45,382 bases of DNA from positions 1 through 45,382 of the forward strand of contig CAVQRZ010000007.1 of assembly GCA_963715335.1 (NCBI GenBank). The letters run 5' to 3'. The notes under the pieces were generated by a model. It was not told the origin of the DNA. It did no database searches and was given only the letters and a program-made list of their open reading frames with translations. Positions 13,924 to 24,531 of the stretch are shown here, in pieces. How positions within the stretch are numbered: position 1 is the stretch's first letter; each line of letters begins with the position of its first letter. The DNA is from an uncultured delta proteobacterium (GTDB lineage Bacteria; Desulfobacterota; Desulfuromonadia; Desulfuromonadales; BM103). The position numbers were made by a program, and so were the translations under genes.

Positions 13924-14037
13924 GGTCGGTCCTTGATTGTTAGGTACGAAAAAGCCAAAGCGAGGCGTCTCTTGCGGGACAGGGCGCACGTAGAGCCTCA
14001 ATCCCGAAGGTGAGTCGTCTGAGCCCTCAAATCAACT

Positions 14038-14066
14038 AGAATACCCATGCTGCAGATATCATGCAA
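14038..14066 (-). promoter_or_regulatory. Putative sigma70 promoter of gltBD
   Basis: TTGCAT-17 bp-TATTCT on the minus strand, ~115 bp upstream of the gltB ATG. Confidence 0.5.
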
Positions 14067-14105
14067 GTACTCAGCGCAGTTCTTCCTGTTTGTCCCTTAA
14101 TTTTT

Positions 14106-16547
14106 TTATTCGTCCGGGGGTGATGCCGGCGTTTTCAGCAGCCCCTGGAGACCAGGCTCGATGCTGCGTAAATGCAAGTCCCGCTGCGGGAACGGAATGG
14201 AGATATCTTCCTCGCGGAAAGCCCGGTCGATTGCCTGGCCCATTTCGCTTTTGATCCTGGGGCGCTTGCTGATATCGGAGATCCAGGCGCGCACTTCGAA
14301 ATCGATGGAACTGTCACCAAAGCCGGTGAAAATTGCCGAGGGCTCGGGGTCTTTCAAAATGTCCGGATGGCCCAGCGCAACCCCTTGCAGGATCTCCAGG
14401 ACTTTGTCGAGGGGGCTGCCGTAGGCGACGCCGACGTTTACGGTAACCCGTGATATGTTGGTCGAGAAGGTCCAGTTGGTTACTTTCTGGGAGATCAGGT
14501 CGGAGTTCGGCACGATGATTTCAGACCGGTCGAGCGTCTCGAAAATGGTTGAACGAAGGCCGATCTTGGTAATCGTCCCCCACTGGTCGTCGATGTTGAT
14601 GGTGTCGCCGACCTTGACCGGGCGCTCGAAAAGCAGGATGAGACCGCTGACGAAGTTGTTGACGATGTTCTGCAGCCCGAAGCCGATGCCGACACTCAGA
14701 GCGCCGGCAATGATGGTCAGGCGTTGCAGTTCAAGACCGGCCATGCTGACGGCTACGAAAAAGCCGACCGTGAAAAGAGCGTAGTGCAGCAGTCTCTTCA
14801 TGGCGGTCTTGACACCGAAATCCATCCTGCGTGGCGACATGTAGTAAGCATCGGCCATGGCCTGGGCAACCCAGGACACCAGGTTGGTGAGGTAGAGCAC
14901 CAGGAGGAGGGTGACGACCATGTGGACCGAGATGCTGAATTCGCCGATGGTATATTCGAGATTAAGGAGATGCTCGGTGACTTCTCCCACGTCATTATAG
15001 ATGCCCCACATAACCGGCATGAACAGGCCGGCATGCACCATGATGAAAACGTGGGCGAGGGTTTTTAGCCGCCTCCCGGTCTGGATCCCCAGGCGTTGGA
15101 CGAGCCGCCGGTCTCTCACCCAGTTCAGCCGAAGGACCTCGGTGATGCCGCCATCGGCCAACTGAATCAGCAGCCATGCAATGAAGATAACGATTATTGT
15201 GCCGAGCAGGGTGTCGATGAGATGCATGGCCAGAGTGGAAAAGCCCATCAATGCAGTGATCAGGCCGAGCAGTGCAAATACGCTGAGCAGGTAAAGCGAA
15301 CAGATGTACACGCCGACCCGGCCCGGCTCCTGACGGTGACTTTTGCGGGCAATCAAGAAGCACAGCGGGGCTGCCAGGGCGCAGAGGATGACGATGTAGA
15401 GTTGGTAGGCAGGGGTCGGCAGACCGCTGACATTCAGGGCCTCAGAGAACAGGTAGACAACCGCCAGGGCCGCGACCAGCTTTTTCCTCCGGGTCTTTTC
15501 CGCCATCGAAATAACGAGAACGGCTCCGGCAACCGTAGCGATGGTCAAAAGGAGCCATTCCCATGAAGGGGGAGCCCTGTCGTAAAGGCCGCCGGTCAGG
15601 GCAAGGGTTGCGAAGATTGCTCCGGCAAGCGGGTGTTTGAAGAGAAATCGCCAGTCTCCCGAGATCGGTTTCGGCTGGCGTTTGCGATAGGTCAGCAGCG
15701 CTGCCAGCAAACCGACACAGATCAGTTGCAAAAATACCACCCAGCCCTGACGATACCAGAAGTCGTCCGGCAACCGGATCGTCGAGGTGAAGTTTTTCAG
15801 GTATTCATCGATCAGTTCCGCATTGAATTGCCGGTAGAAGTCGAGGCTGAAGAGTGAGTAGGTGTTGCGACGAAAGGTATCCTGCCGGATTTGGGTAAGA
15901 GCCGTTTCGATCAGCGCGATCCTGCCTGCGAGGGTTTCCTGCTGCGGTGAGAACTCCTTTTGTCTGAGGACCAGTTGAGTTGAAGTCGACGAAATCCGTT
16001 CCAGGAGTGTGTCGATGCCTTGTAAGACCTGCTGGAAAGTATCATCAGGGAGTTTGACTTTTGCCTGAAGCAGAGCATCTTTCCAGTCGCTCCAGTAATT
16101 TCTTTCCGTTGTCCACTTGTAGCGCAAATCTTCCAGGCGGCTGAACTGACCGGACAGGTCATTGACGAGCTTCTGCTGTTGTTCATTGATCCGGGCGTAT
16201 CTGGCCTCTGCGGTTATCAGGCGGTTCAGAGGCCAGCTGTTGACATCCTCCCAGTTAGCGAACTGCTCCTCCAGTCGGGTAAATTCTTCTGTCAGCCCGA
16301 TGAACTCCTGACGCAGGGTCTCGTGCGATCCCGTCCTGTCGATGATTGCACCTGCTTCTGCCAGCCTGGCCGCCGCGTCCGTCGACCTTGGAACGACTTC
16401 GTTGAGCCCGGGATAGGTCTCCTTGGGCGGCACGGCCTCTTCAGCACAGACACCCGCCCAGGCAAACAGGCAAATAGCCATACTCGCGAGAAAGGCAAGT
16501 TTGTTTCTCTGGCCCGCAGGGGCTCGAGACCGGAAAATCATAGCCAT
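14106..16547 (-). CDS. Large MscS-family mechanosensitive channel (MscK/MscM-like, coiled-coil periplasmic region)
   Basis: GIGFGLQNIVNNFVSGLILLFERPVKVGD, IIVPNS, IPFPQRDLH. Likely start ATG 16547 (GAGG RBS), overlapping the corA stop. Confidence 0.9.
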   Translation of the reverse strand: MAMIFRSRAPAGQRNKLAFLASMAICLFAWAGVCAEEAVPPKETYPGLNEVVPRSTDAAARLAEAGAIIDRTGSHETLRQEFIGLTEEFTRLEEQFANWEDVNSWPLNRLITAEARYARINEQQQKLVNDLSGQFSRLEDLRYKWTTERNYWSDWKDALLQAKVKLPDDTFQQVLQGIDTLLERISSTSTQLVLRQKEFSPQQETLAGRIALIETALTQIRQDTFRRNTYSLFSLDFYRQFNAELIDEYLKNFTSTIRLPDDFWYRQGWVVFLQLICVGLLAALLTYRKRQPKPISGDWRFLFKHPLAGAIFATLALTGGLYDRAPPSWEWLLLTIATVAGAVLVISMAEKTRRKKLVAALAVVYLFSEALNVSGLPTPAYQLYIVILCALAAPLCFLIARKSHRQEPGRVGVYICSLYLLSVFALLGLITALMGFSTLAMHLIDTLLGTIIVIFIAWLLIQLADGGITEVLRLNWVRDRRLVQRLGIQTGRRLKTLAHVFIMVHAGLFMPVMWGIYNDVGEVTEHLLNLEYTIGEFSISVHMVVTLLLVLYLTNLVSWVAQAMADAYYMSPRRMDFGVKTAMKRLLHYALFTVGFFVAVSMAGLELQRLTIIAGALSVGIGFGLQNIVNNFVSGLILLFERPVKVGDTINIDDQWGTITKIGLRSTIFETLDRSEIIVPNSDLISQKVTNWTFSTNISRVTVNVGVAYGSPLDKVLEILQGVALGHPDILKDPEPSAIFTGFGDSSIDFEVRAWISDISKRPRIKSEMGQAIDRAFREEDISIPFPQRDLHLRSIEPGLQGLLKTPASPPDE

Positions 16548-17650
16548 CTCTTCCTCTTGAAATAGACCAGCATGCCGATTATGCAGGAGATCATCACCCC
16601 CCAGATCGCGAAGTAACCCCATCGCCATTTGAGCTCGGGGATATATTCGAAGTTCATGCCGTAGATGCCGGCAATGAAAGTCAGGGGGATGAAGATCGAC
16701 GCCATGATGGTCAAGACTTTCATGATTTCATTCATGCGGTTGCTGACGGCCGACATGTAGAGATCCTGCAGACCGGAGACCGTGTCGCGGAATATTTCGA
16801 CAGTGTCCAGGACCTGGATCGTGTGATCATAGAGGTCGCGCAGGAACACGCGGGTGTCCTCCCTGATCAGCGGCGACTCTTCTTTGTTCAGTTCGCTGAT
16901 GACTTCGCGCAGCGGCCACACCGATTTGCGTAGCAGCATCAGTTGGCGTTTGTAATGGTGGACTCTCCCCAGGGTTGACTGCTCGGGGTTGTTGAGCAGG
17001 TCCTCTTCCAGTTGGGCGAGGTTGTCGCCGACCTTTTCCAAAATGTGAAAATAGCTGTCGACGATCGAATCGATGAGCGCATAGGCCAGGTAGTCTGAGC
17101 CGCGCTGCCGGATTCTGCCGTTGCTGCGCTGCAAACGCTCGCGCACGCCGTTGAACACATCCCCCTCTTTCTCCTGAAACGTCAGGACGTAGCGGGGACC
17201 GAGAATCAGGCTGATCTGTTCAGCATCGATACTCTGGGTTTCATCGTCGAAAAATAGCATCTTCAGGATGATCAGGCTGTAGCCATCCATCTCTTCGACC
17301 TTCGGCCGATGCTGGGTGTTGAGGATGTCTTCGAGAGCCAGATTATGGATACCGAAACGCTGGCCGAAGCGTTCGATCAGGCTGATGTCGTGGATGCCGC
17401 TCAGGTTGATCCAGCTGACCGTGTCCGTCTCCTTGTGTGCCGTGGCCTCGCCGACAGTAATGTTTGTTTTGGTGTCCAGAGACTTCTGGTCATAGTCGAC
17501 CAGGCTGATGACCGGTTTTTCAATCTTCTGTTTGCCGACGTGAATCAGCGAGCCTGGCGACAGGCCGACTTCCTTTGCCTTGATGCCGAAAAGTTCGGTC
17601 GTAATAGGGCGCTTCAGAAAGTCGAGATTCAGAATGTTTTTTGGATTCAT
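16538..17650 (-). CDS. corA: Magnesium/cobalt transporter CorA
   Basis: LEDILNTQHRPKVE and GIYGMNFEYIPEL (GMN motif). Confidence 0.95.
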   Translation of the reverse strand: MNPKNILNLDFLKRPITTELFGIKAKEVGLSPGSLIHVGKQKIEKPVISLVDYDQKSLDTKTNITVGEATAHKETDTVSWINLSGIHDISLIERFGQRFGIHNLALEDILNTQHRPKVEEMDGYSLIILKMLFFDDETQSIDAEQISLILGPRYVLTFQEKEGDVFNGVRERLQRSNGRIRQRGSDYLAYALIDSIVDSYFHILEKVGDNLAQLEEDLLNNPEQSTLGRVHHYKRQLMLLRKSVWPLREVISELNKEESPLIREDTRVFLRDLYDHTIQVLDTVEIFRDTVSGLQDLYMSAVSNRMNEIMKVLTIMASIFIPLTFIAGIYGMNFEYIPELKWRWGYFAIWGVMISCIIGMLVYFKRKRWL

Positions 17651-17699
17651 AGCGCTTGAACTCCTGCGGGCCTGGTGCCGAAGTCGGCACAGGTGGCCA

Positions 17700-18731
17700 T
17701 CAACGCTCCAGACCGAAATCTTCCTCGGTCAGGGTTGACGCATAATCATCGAGGGCGACCCCTGCTTCGGTCGGGTCGGCCACTTTGGCGAGATTGACCA
17801 GGGCGTCGCCTTCGTGGACCAACGGCAAAGTCAGCTGGCCGATAATCACGCCGGTAAAGGGTGCCTGGACCGTCTCATTTTCATCCCCCAGCGGATCGGT
17901 AATGATGCCGAGAACGTCCCCTTTGTGAACCAGATTGCCGAGTGTCCTCTTTTTAAAAAATACGCCACTTTTCGGCGCCCGGACCCAGCTGGTTTTGTCC
18001 GAGATGACTGGCTCCTGGCCGCGCGCCTTCCGGCTTCTGGGCAGCATGCCGATCGCCCGCATGACGTTGACAATACCTCTGACCCCGGAACGAATCGCCG
18101 CCTCGTTGAAGTACAGGGCTTCGCCGGCCTCGTACAGAAGGACGGGGATGCCGTGTTCGGCAACGGCTTCGCGGAGAGAGCCGTCCCTGATCCCGGAGTG
18201 AATGACCATTGGTGTGCCGAAGGCATTGGCCAGGCGCAGATTCTCCTCGTCCTTGAGATCGGTGCGAATCTGCGGCAGGTTGCTGCGGTAGTTCGAGCCG
18301 GTGTGAATGTCGATGCCGTGGGTGGATCGACAGACAATCTCCTGCATAAACAGGTGCGCGATCCGGCTGGCGAGGGAGCCTTTCGGCGAGCCGGGAAAGG
18401 ACCGGTTCAGGTCGCGTCGGTCCGGCAGGTAGCGTGAGTGCTGGATAAAACCGTACGGGTTGACCACCGGTACCGCGAGCAATGTGCCCTTGATCCGGTT
18501 GATACTCCGGTTGCGCAACAGGCGTCGGATAATCTCGACGCCGTTGATTTCGTCGCCGTGGATCGCTGCGCTGACGAAAAGGGTCGGTCCGGTCTGTTTG
18601 CCGTGAACCACGTGCACCGGCAAGCCCATTTTCGAATGTGTGTAAAGCCGGGCCATCGGCAGGTCGACGGTGGCCCGTTCTCCAGCCGCAACCACGGTTC
18701 CGTTGAGGGTGAAAGATTTCTGTTTCTTCAT
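17700..18731 (-). CDS. Succinylglutamate desuccinylase/aspartoacylase (AstE/AspA, M14-like) family hydrolase
   Basis: [30 protein letters not shown] overlap with rimK. Confidence 0.9.
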   Translation of the reverse strand: MKKQKSFTLNGTVVAAGERATVDLPMARLYTHSKMGLPVHVVHGKQTGPTLFVSAAIHGDEINGVEIIRRLLRNRSINRIKGTLLAVPVVNPYGFIQHSRYLPDRRDLNRSFPGSPKGSLASRIAHLFMQEIVCRSTHGIDIHTGSNYRSNLPQIRTDLKDEENLRLANAFGTPMVIHSGIRDGSLREAVAEHGIPVLLYEAGEALYFNEAAIRSGVRGIVNVMRAIGMLPRSRKARGQEPVISDKTSWVRAPKSGVFFKKRTLGNLVHKGDVLGIITDPLGDENETVQAPFTGVIIGQLTLPLVHEGDALVNLAKVADPTEAGVALDDYASTLTEEDFGLER

Positions 18732-19633
18732 CCCTGACCCCGGGTCTTGTTCTTTCCTGGTTTGGCCTGCTTCTCGATGAAGGCAATGATCATGCCGGCC
18801 ACGTTCTTCTCGGTCGCCTTCTCGATCCCCTCAAGGCCCGGGGATGAATTGACTTCCATGACCACCGGCCCATGATTGGACCGAAGCAGGTCGACCCCGG
18901 CCACGTTCAGGCCCATAATCTTGGCCGCGCGGACTGCGGTCAAACGTTCTCCTGGAGTCAGCCTCACGATGGCAGCATTGCCACCGCGGTGCAGGTTGGA
19001 ACGGAATTCTCCTTCGCCGCCCTGGCGCTTCATCGCTGCGACCACCTTGTCGCCGATCACGAAGCAGCGGATATCTGCGCCGCCGGCCTCCTTGATGAAC
19101 TCCTGGACCAGGATGTTTTGCTTCAGCCCCCGGAAAGCCTCGATAACGCTCTCGGAGGCCTTGTCGGTTTCGGCCAGCACCACCCCGATCCCCTGGGTCC
19201 CTTCCAGCAGCTTGATCACCAGCGGGGCGCCACCGGCGAGTTCGATCAGATCATTGGTGTACTTCGTCGAATGGGCAAAACCGGTAACCGGCAGGCCGAT
19301 CCCCTTGCGGGCCAGCAGCTGCAGGCTGCGCAGCTTGTCGCGGGAACGGCTGATCGCCACCGATTCGTTTACACTGTAAACATTCATCATCTCGAACTGG
19401 CGGACCACGGCCGTGCCGTAGAAGGTAATCGAGGCGCCAATCCGGGGGATGATGGCGTCGAATCCCGAAAGTTCCTCGCCCTTATAGTGAATCGTCGGAC
19501 GCTGACTGGCGATTGTCATGTAGCAGAGAAGCGGGTCGATGACACGGACGTCATGGCCTTTTTCTTGTGCTTCCTCGACCATGCGGCTGGTTGAGTAAAG
19601 CTTGGAGTTTCTGGAAATAATGGCAATCTTCAT
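18728..19633 (-). CDS. rimK: RimK alpha-L-glutamate ligase (S6 modification / poly-Glu synthetase)
   Basis: [54 protein letters not shown]. Confidence 0.95.
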   Translation of the reverse strand: MKIAIISRNSKLYSTSRMVEEAQEKGHDVRVIDPLLCYMTIASQRPTIHYKGEELSGFDAIIPRIGASITFYGTAVVRQFEMMNVYSVNESVAISRSRDKLRSLQLLARKGIGLPVTGFAHSTKYTNDLIELAGGAPLVIKLLEGTQGIGVVLAETDKASESVIEAFRGLKQNILVQEFIKEAGGADIRCFVIGDKVVAAMKRQGGEGEFRSNLHRGGNAAIVRLTPGERLTAVRAAKIMGLNVAGVDLLRSNHGPVVMEVNSSPGLEGIEKATEKNVAGMIIAFIEKQAKPGKNKTRGQG

Positions 19634-20088
19634 GATGCCCTCTTCTTCGGTTGATATTTATGTTTAAGCCGACCCGTCAGGTAGGATTTGTCCGGAAATA
19701 CGGACATCCCTTCCATCGCCGTACGACCGAGCAGCATGCGGAATCTCATGTTGTCGCGGTTGGTCAGGGTGACTTCCGCGCGAAAAGCCTGGTCACCCAG
19801 GCAGATTTCGGTCTCAATGACGTAGCGCATCTCCCGGTGGCCGCCCGAGTCGCTGACCGAGCGATAATCCTTGACCGGGGCTTCGCAGACGATTTCCAGA
19901 TCGAGGCGCTTCTGCAACGGGTGCACGCCGAAACGCACCATCTGCAAGCCGTCTTTTGCAAAGGGTTCGACAAAAAAAGCATGCAGCGCAGAGGTCCGTG
20001 CGCCAGTGTCAATCTTCGCCTTGATCGCCGGGATTTGCAGCTCCGGCAGGGCCAGCCACTCACGCCAGCCGATGGTCAGGTTTTCCAT
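19630..20088 (-). CDS. rimB: RimK-associated protease (RimB / 'ATP-dependent Zn protease' family, retropepsin-like)
   Basis: [32 protein letters not shown] overlap with rimK. Confidence 0.85.
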   Translation of the reverse strand: MENLTIGWREWLALPELQIPAIKAKIDTGARTSALHAFFVEPFAKDGLQMVRFGVHPLQKRLDLEIVCEAPVKDYRSVSDSGGHREMRYVIETEICLGDQAFRAEVTLTNRDNMRFRMLLGRTAMEGMSVFPDKSYLTGRLKHKYQPKKRAS

Positions 20089-20370
20089 GTTTGTGACGAT
20101 CTCCTGTCAACTCTACAAGTTTAACCGATTTTCAGCGATATACATCAAAACCTCGGCAATCTTCCCGCGAGGTTAGCACGGGCGCCAGATAATCTTGCCA
20201 TGATAGTGGACATTCCTGCCACCGCAAAGACAAATTGCCGCATGGCCCCTTGAAAATCCAGGTTCTTGCCGTTTTGGAAAAGACATGTTCGGCAGGCTTA
20301 TTTGTCTGGCTTTACCAGACATCCGATTAGAAAGAGTTATAATTTCCGTAGACGTATCCGGGAGGGGCTT

Positions 20371-21207
20371 ATGATTGTTCTAGCCCATGATGGTTCGATT
20401 TACGGCGATTGGGTCGCTCGCTACGCCCTGCGGTTTGCCGCCGACGAAGCGGACCGTAAGCTGTTTGCTCTTCATGTCCTCGACGGCAAGGTTAACCCGG
20501 ACCTAGTCGAAGCCAAGTTCAACCAGTACGGGCATGAGTGTGCAGAGCGAGGAGTGGACTTCAGTTTCAGACTCCTGCCACTCGGCAACTCCGTTCATCG
20601 CACGTTGCGCCAGGCCGTCCCCCACGATCCTGATGGACTGCTGGTCTGTGGGACCCGGGTCAAGCCTAACCGCAGGGCCTTCCTGGCCGGTTCGGTGGCG
20701 GAGAAACTTTTGCGCATGCACCAGTGCCCGGTATTGGCCCTGCGCGTCGTGCAACCGGGGCTGCTTGGCAACCCCCACGACCTGCTCCTGGCGCTGGCCG
20801 GGCATACGCAAGGAGTTGACCGGGTCTGGCCGGTGTTCCGCCGCCTGGCTCCGCACTTGCGAGCTGTCCACCTGTTCCGGGCTATGCCGGTCCACAACCT
20901 CCTCCACGCACATCTGACTCCGGCTCGTGAACTCGCCATGCGCCGGACCGGGTATGCACATCTGGACAAGATTTGCGCGGCATTCAGTGAACGGCTCCCG
21001 GCAGGTGCTTTCCGGCTCGATCGGCGTGTTGTGGTCACCTCGGACTGGCCGAGCGAGATACTGGTCCACGCCGGCAGGCTCAAGGTGCAGATGATCCTGC
21101 TCGGGGTCAGTGAGCGCAGCCTGGCCCATCGGGTTTTCCACGGTGCAGAACTGGAGCGGGTCCTGCACGAGACACCCTGTGATGTCGGGGTTTATCGCGG
21201 ACCATGA
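20371..21207 (+). CDS. Tandem universal stress protein
   Basis: Start MIVLAHDGS after GGAGG; GSVAEKLL..CPVL; C-terminal LERVLHETPCDV. Confidence 0.85.
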   Translation: MIVLAHDGSIYGDWVARYALRFAADEADRKLFALHVLDGKVNPDLVEAKFNQYGHECAERGVDFSFRLLPLGNSVHRTLRQAVPHDPDGLLVCGTRVKPNRRAFLAGSVAEKLLRMHQCPVLALRVVQPGLLGNPHDLLLALAGHTQGVDRVWPVFRRLAPHLRAVHLFRAMPVHNLLHAHLTPARELAMRRTGYAHLDKICAAFSERLPAGAFRLDRRVVVTSDWPSEILVHAGRLKVQMILLGVSERSLAHRVFHGAELERVLHETPCDVGVYRGP

Positions 21208-23891
21208 ACGAGCGGATGCAGATCCAGAACCTGCCTGCCGACCAAGTCCTGCATGCTCTTGGCAGTACGCCGCAGGGCCTTTCGTCGCCGGACGCCATCG
21301 AGCGGCTGGCCGAAGTTGGCCGCAACAGCATCGAGCTTCATGATCCGTGGCGGACCCTGCGCAGCCTGTTGCGCCAGCTGAGCAATTTCTTCACCTTGCT
21401 GCTGTTTGCCTCCGCAGCCATCTGCTTCGTCGCAGAGGTCCTGCAGCCGGGGCAGAGCATGGCTATCCTCGGCTGGGCGCTCGGCGGCGTTGCCCTGCTC
21501 AATGCCCTGTTCAGTTTCATCCAGGAGTACCGCGCCGAAAAGGCGATGGCAGCATTGCGCAACTTCCTGCCGCAGAAGGTTGAAGTCCTGCGCGATGGTC
21601 AGATCATCACGTTGCTGGCCGAAGATCTCGTCCCAGGCGACCTGATGCTGCTCAAGGAAGGTGATCGGGCGCCCGCCGATGCTCGCCTGATAGCGATCGA
21701 GGACCTGGTTGTCAACAATGCGCCACTCACCGGCGAATCACAACCGGTGATTCTGACTGCCGATGCGGTTGACCAGCGTCTGATCGAAAGTCCCAATATT
21801 GTCTTTGCCGGCTGCCTGATTCTGCGTGGCAGCGCCCGGGCGGTGGTCTTTGCGACCGGTTTGCGTACGGAGTTCGGCAAGCTGGCTCACCTTTCGCAGG
21901 CTATTCACAGGGCACCATCACCACTGGAACGGCAGACTGCGCATATGGTCAGGGTCTTGACCATCATCGCCGTCAGTCTAGGTTTCTCCTTCTTTCTCTA
22001 CGGGGTTCTCAGCGGTCGCTCTCTCTGGGTGAACCTGGTTTTCATGATGGGGATCATCGTTGCCAATGTCCCCGAGGGGTTGTTGCCGACCTTCACCCTG
22101 GCGTTGGCCATGGGCAGCCTGCGCATGGCCCGCAAAAACGTCCTGGTCACCAGCCTGAATGCGGTCGAGGCGCTCGGCGCGGTTCAGGTCGTTTGTACCG
22201 ACAAGACCGGTACCCTGACGCTCAACCAGTTGACAGTCACCTGCGTGGTTCCTCCCCTGGATGGCGGCTCCGGTGCCTTTGCTGAAGAACGGTTGTGCAG
22301 GCAGTTGTCGGAGATGGCCTTTTGTGCCTCCGAGGTCCATGCGACAGACCGTGGTTACGGCGGTGACCCGCTCGATGTCGCCATTGCGACCCGCCTTGAG
22401 CGGGATGGCGGTGATATAGCCTCGATCGACGCGGCGCGACAGGAGTATTTCGCGTTCGACGTGGAGAAGAAGAGGTCTGCCGGCATTGGCCGGATTGCCG
22501 GGGAGCAGTTGTTTACGGTCAAGGGAGCGTGGGAGGTCTTGCGACCGATGGTGAATCACGTGGTCACCTCCACCGGGGATGTCATCGCTGCTGATGAAGC
22601 GGAATTCGATCGGGCGGAAGCCACCCTGTCGGCCCTGGCCAAGGCCGGGTCACGGGTGATTGCTGTTGCCTATCGACCCGTCGATGATCCATCGACAGGA
22701 ACGTTTGAGCAGGAGGAATGCGAGCGGGGGTTGACCCTTGCCGGCTTCCTCGGTATCGAAGACCCGATCAGGACAGAAGTGCCGGCAGCCCTGGCGCAAT
22801 GTCACACGGCCGGCATCGACGTGATCCTGATTACCGGAGATCACCCGGATACGGCCTTGCATGTTGCCATGCGTTGCGGTCTCGTCGATTCCCCGGCCGC
22901 CGTTGAAAAGGTCATGACCGGAGACGTCCTTGAAGACTCCAGTGAACAGAGCCTGGTCGATGCCCTGGAAGGAGGCGTCCGGATCTTTGCCCGGACCACC
23001 CCGGCACAGAAGATGAAAATTATCATGGCGCTTAAGAACATGAATCGTGTCGTGGCCATGACCGGTGACGGTGTCAACGATGCCCCGGCCCTGAAAGCAG
23101 CGGATATCGGCATCGCCATGGGTGCCAGCGGCACCGACGTGGCGCGCGCTTCGGCACAGATCATCCTGCTTGACGACAATTTTGCATCAATCGTCGCCGG
23201 CATCGAAGAGGGCCGTACGGTTTTCCTCAATATCCGCAAGTTCACCAACTACGTGCTGGTTAGCAACGGGCCGGAAATACTGCCCTACCTGGTCTATATC
23301 CTCTTCCCGGTACCGCTGGCCCTGACGGTGATCCAGATCCTGTCGATCGACCTTGGCACCGACATCATCCCATCGATGGCCCTCGGCCAGGAACCTCCCG
23401 AGCCGGAGGCTATGCTTCAGCCACCGCGCAGCAGCGACTTCCGCCTGCTCAGCCCCGGGCTGGTATGTCACAGCTACCTGTTCCTCGGCCTGCTCGAAGC
23501 GGCCTGGTCGCTTGGCCTGTTCTTCTACGTCCTGGTTGACGGTGGGTGGCGTTACGGCATGCCCATGGCAGATGCGGACCCCCTCTATCGTTCTGCAACC
23601 GGCATCGCCCTGGCGACTATCCTGCTGATGCAGATTGGCAACCTGGTTGGCAGGCGCTACACTCGGGCATCCGGTCTTGATCGGGGAATTCTGAAAAATC
23701 GCCTGATGGTCGCAGGCATCATGATCCAGATCATCTTCTCCTGGGCCCTGCTCTACCTGCCGCCGCTGCAGAAGATTCTTGGCACCGGGCCTGTTGGCTG
23801 GCCTGTCTACCTGGCCGCCTGGATCGGTGTGCCGTTGATTTTCGGCGCCGATTATCTGCGCAAGCACCTGACCGGCAAGCTCGGACGATAA
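21204..23891 (+). CDS. Cation-transporting P2-type ATPase with Na+/K+-ATPase-like (P2C) membrane motifs
   Basis: TGES, IVANVPEGLL, DKTGTLT, TGD, GDGVNDAPAL, SNGPEI, IDLGTD. Confidence 0.92.
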   Translation: MNERMQIQNLPADQVLHALGSTPQGLSSPDAIERLAEVGRNSIELHDPWRTLRSLLRQLSNFFTLLLFASAAICFVAEVLQPGQSMAILGWALGGVALLNALFSFIQEYRAEKAMAALRNFLPQKVEVLRDGQIITLLAEDLVPGDLMLLKEGDRAPADARLIAIEDLVVNNAPLTGESQPVILTADAVDQRLIESPNIVFAGCLILRGSARAVVFATGLRTEFGKLAHLSQAIHRAPSPLERQTAHMVRVLTIIAVSLGFSFFLYGVLSGRSLWVNLVFMMGIIVANVPEGLLPTFTLALAMGSLRMARKNVLVTSLNAVEALGAVQVVCTDKTGTLTLNQLTVTCVVPPLDGGSGAFAEERLCRQLSEMAFCASEVHATDRGYGGDPLDVAIATRLERDGGDIASIDAARQEYFAFDVEKKRSAGIGRIAGEQLFTVKGAWEVLRPMVNHVVTSTGDVIAADEAEFDRAEATLSALAKAGSRVIAVAYRPVDDPSTGTFEQEECERGLTLAGFLGIEDPIRTEVPAALAQCHTAGIDVILITGDHPDTALHVAMRCGLVDSPAAVEKVMTGDVLEDSSEQSLVDALEGGVRIFARTTPAQKMKIIMALKNMNRVVAMTGDGVNDAPALKAADIGIAMGASGTDVARASAQIILLDDNFASIVAGIEEGRTVFLNIRKFTNYVLVSNGPEILPYLVYILFPVPLALTVIQILSIDLGTDIIPSMALGQEPPEPEAMLQPPRSSDFRLLSPGLVCHSYLFLGLLEAAWSLGLFFYVLVDGGWRYGMPMADADPLYRSATGIALATILLMQIGNLVGRRYTRASGLDRGILKNRLMVAGIMIQIIFSWALLYLPPLQKILGTGPVGWPVYLAAWIGVPLIFGADYLRKHLTGKLGR

Positions 23892-24018
23892 AGCCTGTGA
23901 AGCCTTGCCCGGGTTTTACCCACGTCCCCTGAATTTCGGTTTACATTTCATGAAAACATGCAATCATAGAGGCTCAGAATCAGCGAACAGAACTGCTCAA
24001 GGAGACAAACAACCCCTC

Positions 24019-24531
24019 ATGGATCAGAAACAAATCGAAACGGTCGACACCCTTGACATAAGGGAAATGACGATCGATGACTTCGCCGAGGTTTTCCACC
24101 TTGGCGAGGAGTTATTCACCTCCGATTACTCCTCCAGCATGTACCGTACCTGGGATGAGTACGAGATCACCACGCTGTACAACTCTGACAGCGAGCTCTG
24201 CCTGGTGGCGGAACTGGACGAAGAGATTGTCGGCTTTGCCCTCGGCACGACTGTGGACAAGAACAATTCCGCCTGGAAGTATGGCTACCTGGTCTGGATC
24301 GGTGTGCGCCCCGGGTTGCAGAAGAAGGGCGTCGGCGACGGCCTGTTCAATGAAATCAAAAAACGGATGATGGAACAGGGTGTGCGTATGGTCATCATCG
24401 ATACGGATGCGGACAACGCAGCCGGGATTCGCTTTTTCAAAAAACACGGATTTGGCAACATCCAGAAACATGTCTATATGACCCTCAATCTGGCAAAAAA
24501 ACCCAGGAAAAAGAAGTTGCGAAAAAAATGA
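24019..24531 (+). CDS. GNAT-family N-acetyltransferase
   Basis: WIGVRPGLQKKGVG (acetyl-CoA motif A), NAAGIRFFKKHGF; basic C-terminal tail; ATGA overlap with the next gene. Start uncertain. Confidence 0.88.
   Translation: MDQKQIETVDTLDIREMTIDDFAEVFHLGEELFTSDYSSSMYRTWDEYEITTLYNSDSELCLVAELDEEIVGFALGTTVDKNNSAWKYGYLVWIGVRPGLQKKGVGDGLFNEIKKRMMEQGVRMVIIDTDADNAAGIRFFKKHGFGNIQKHVYMTLNLAKKPRKKKLRKK

Noticed and set aside
13985..14035. Fluoride or glnA glutamine riboswitch in the gltB leader
   Set aside because: A possible pseudoknot ends in CUAC, but the GGnGAUG/CUGAUG core of the fluoride motif and the E-loop motifs of the glnA RNA are absent.
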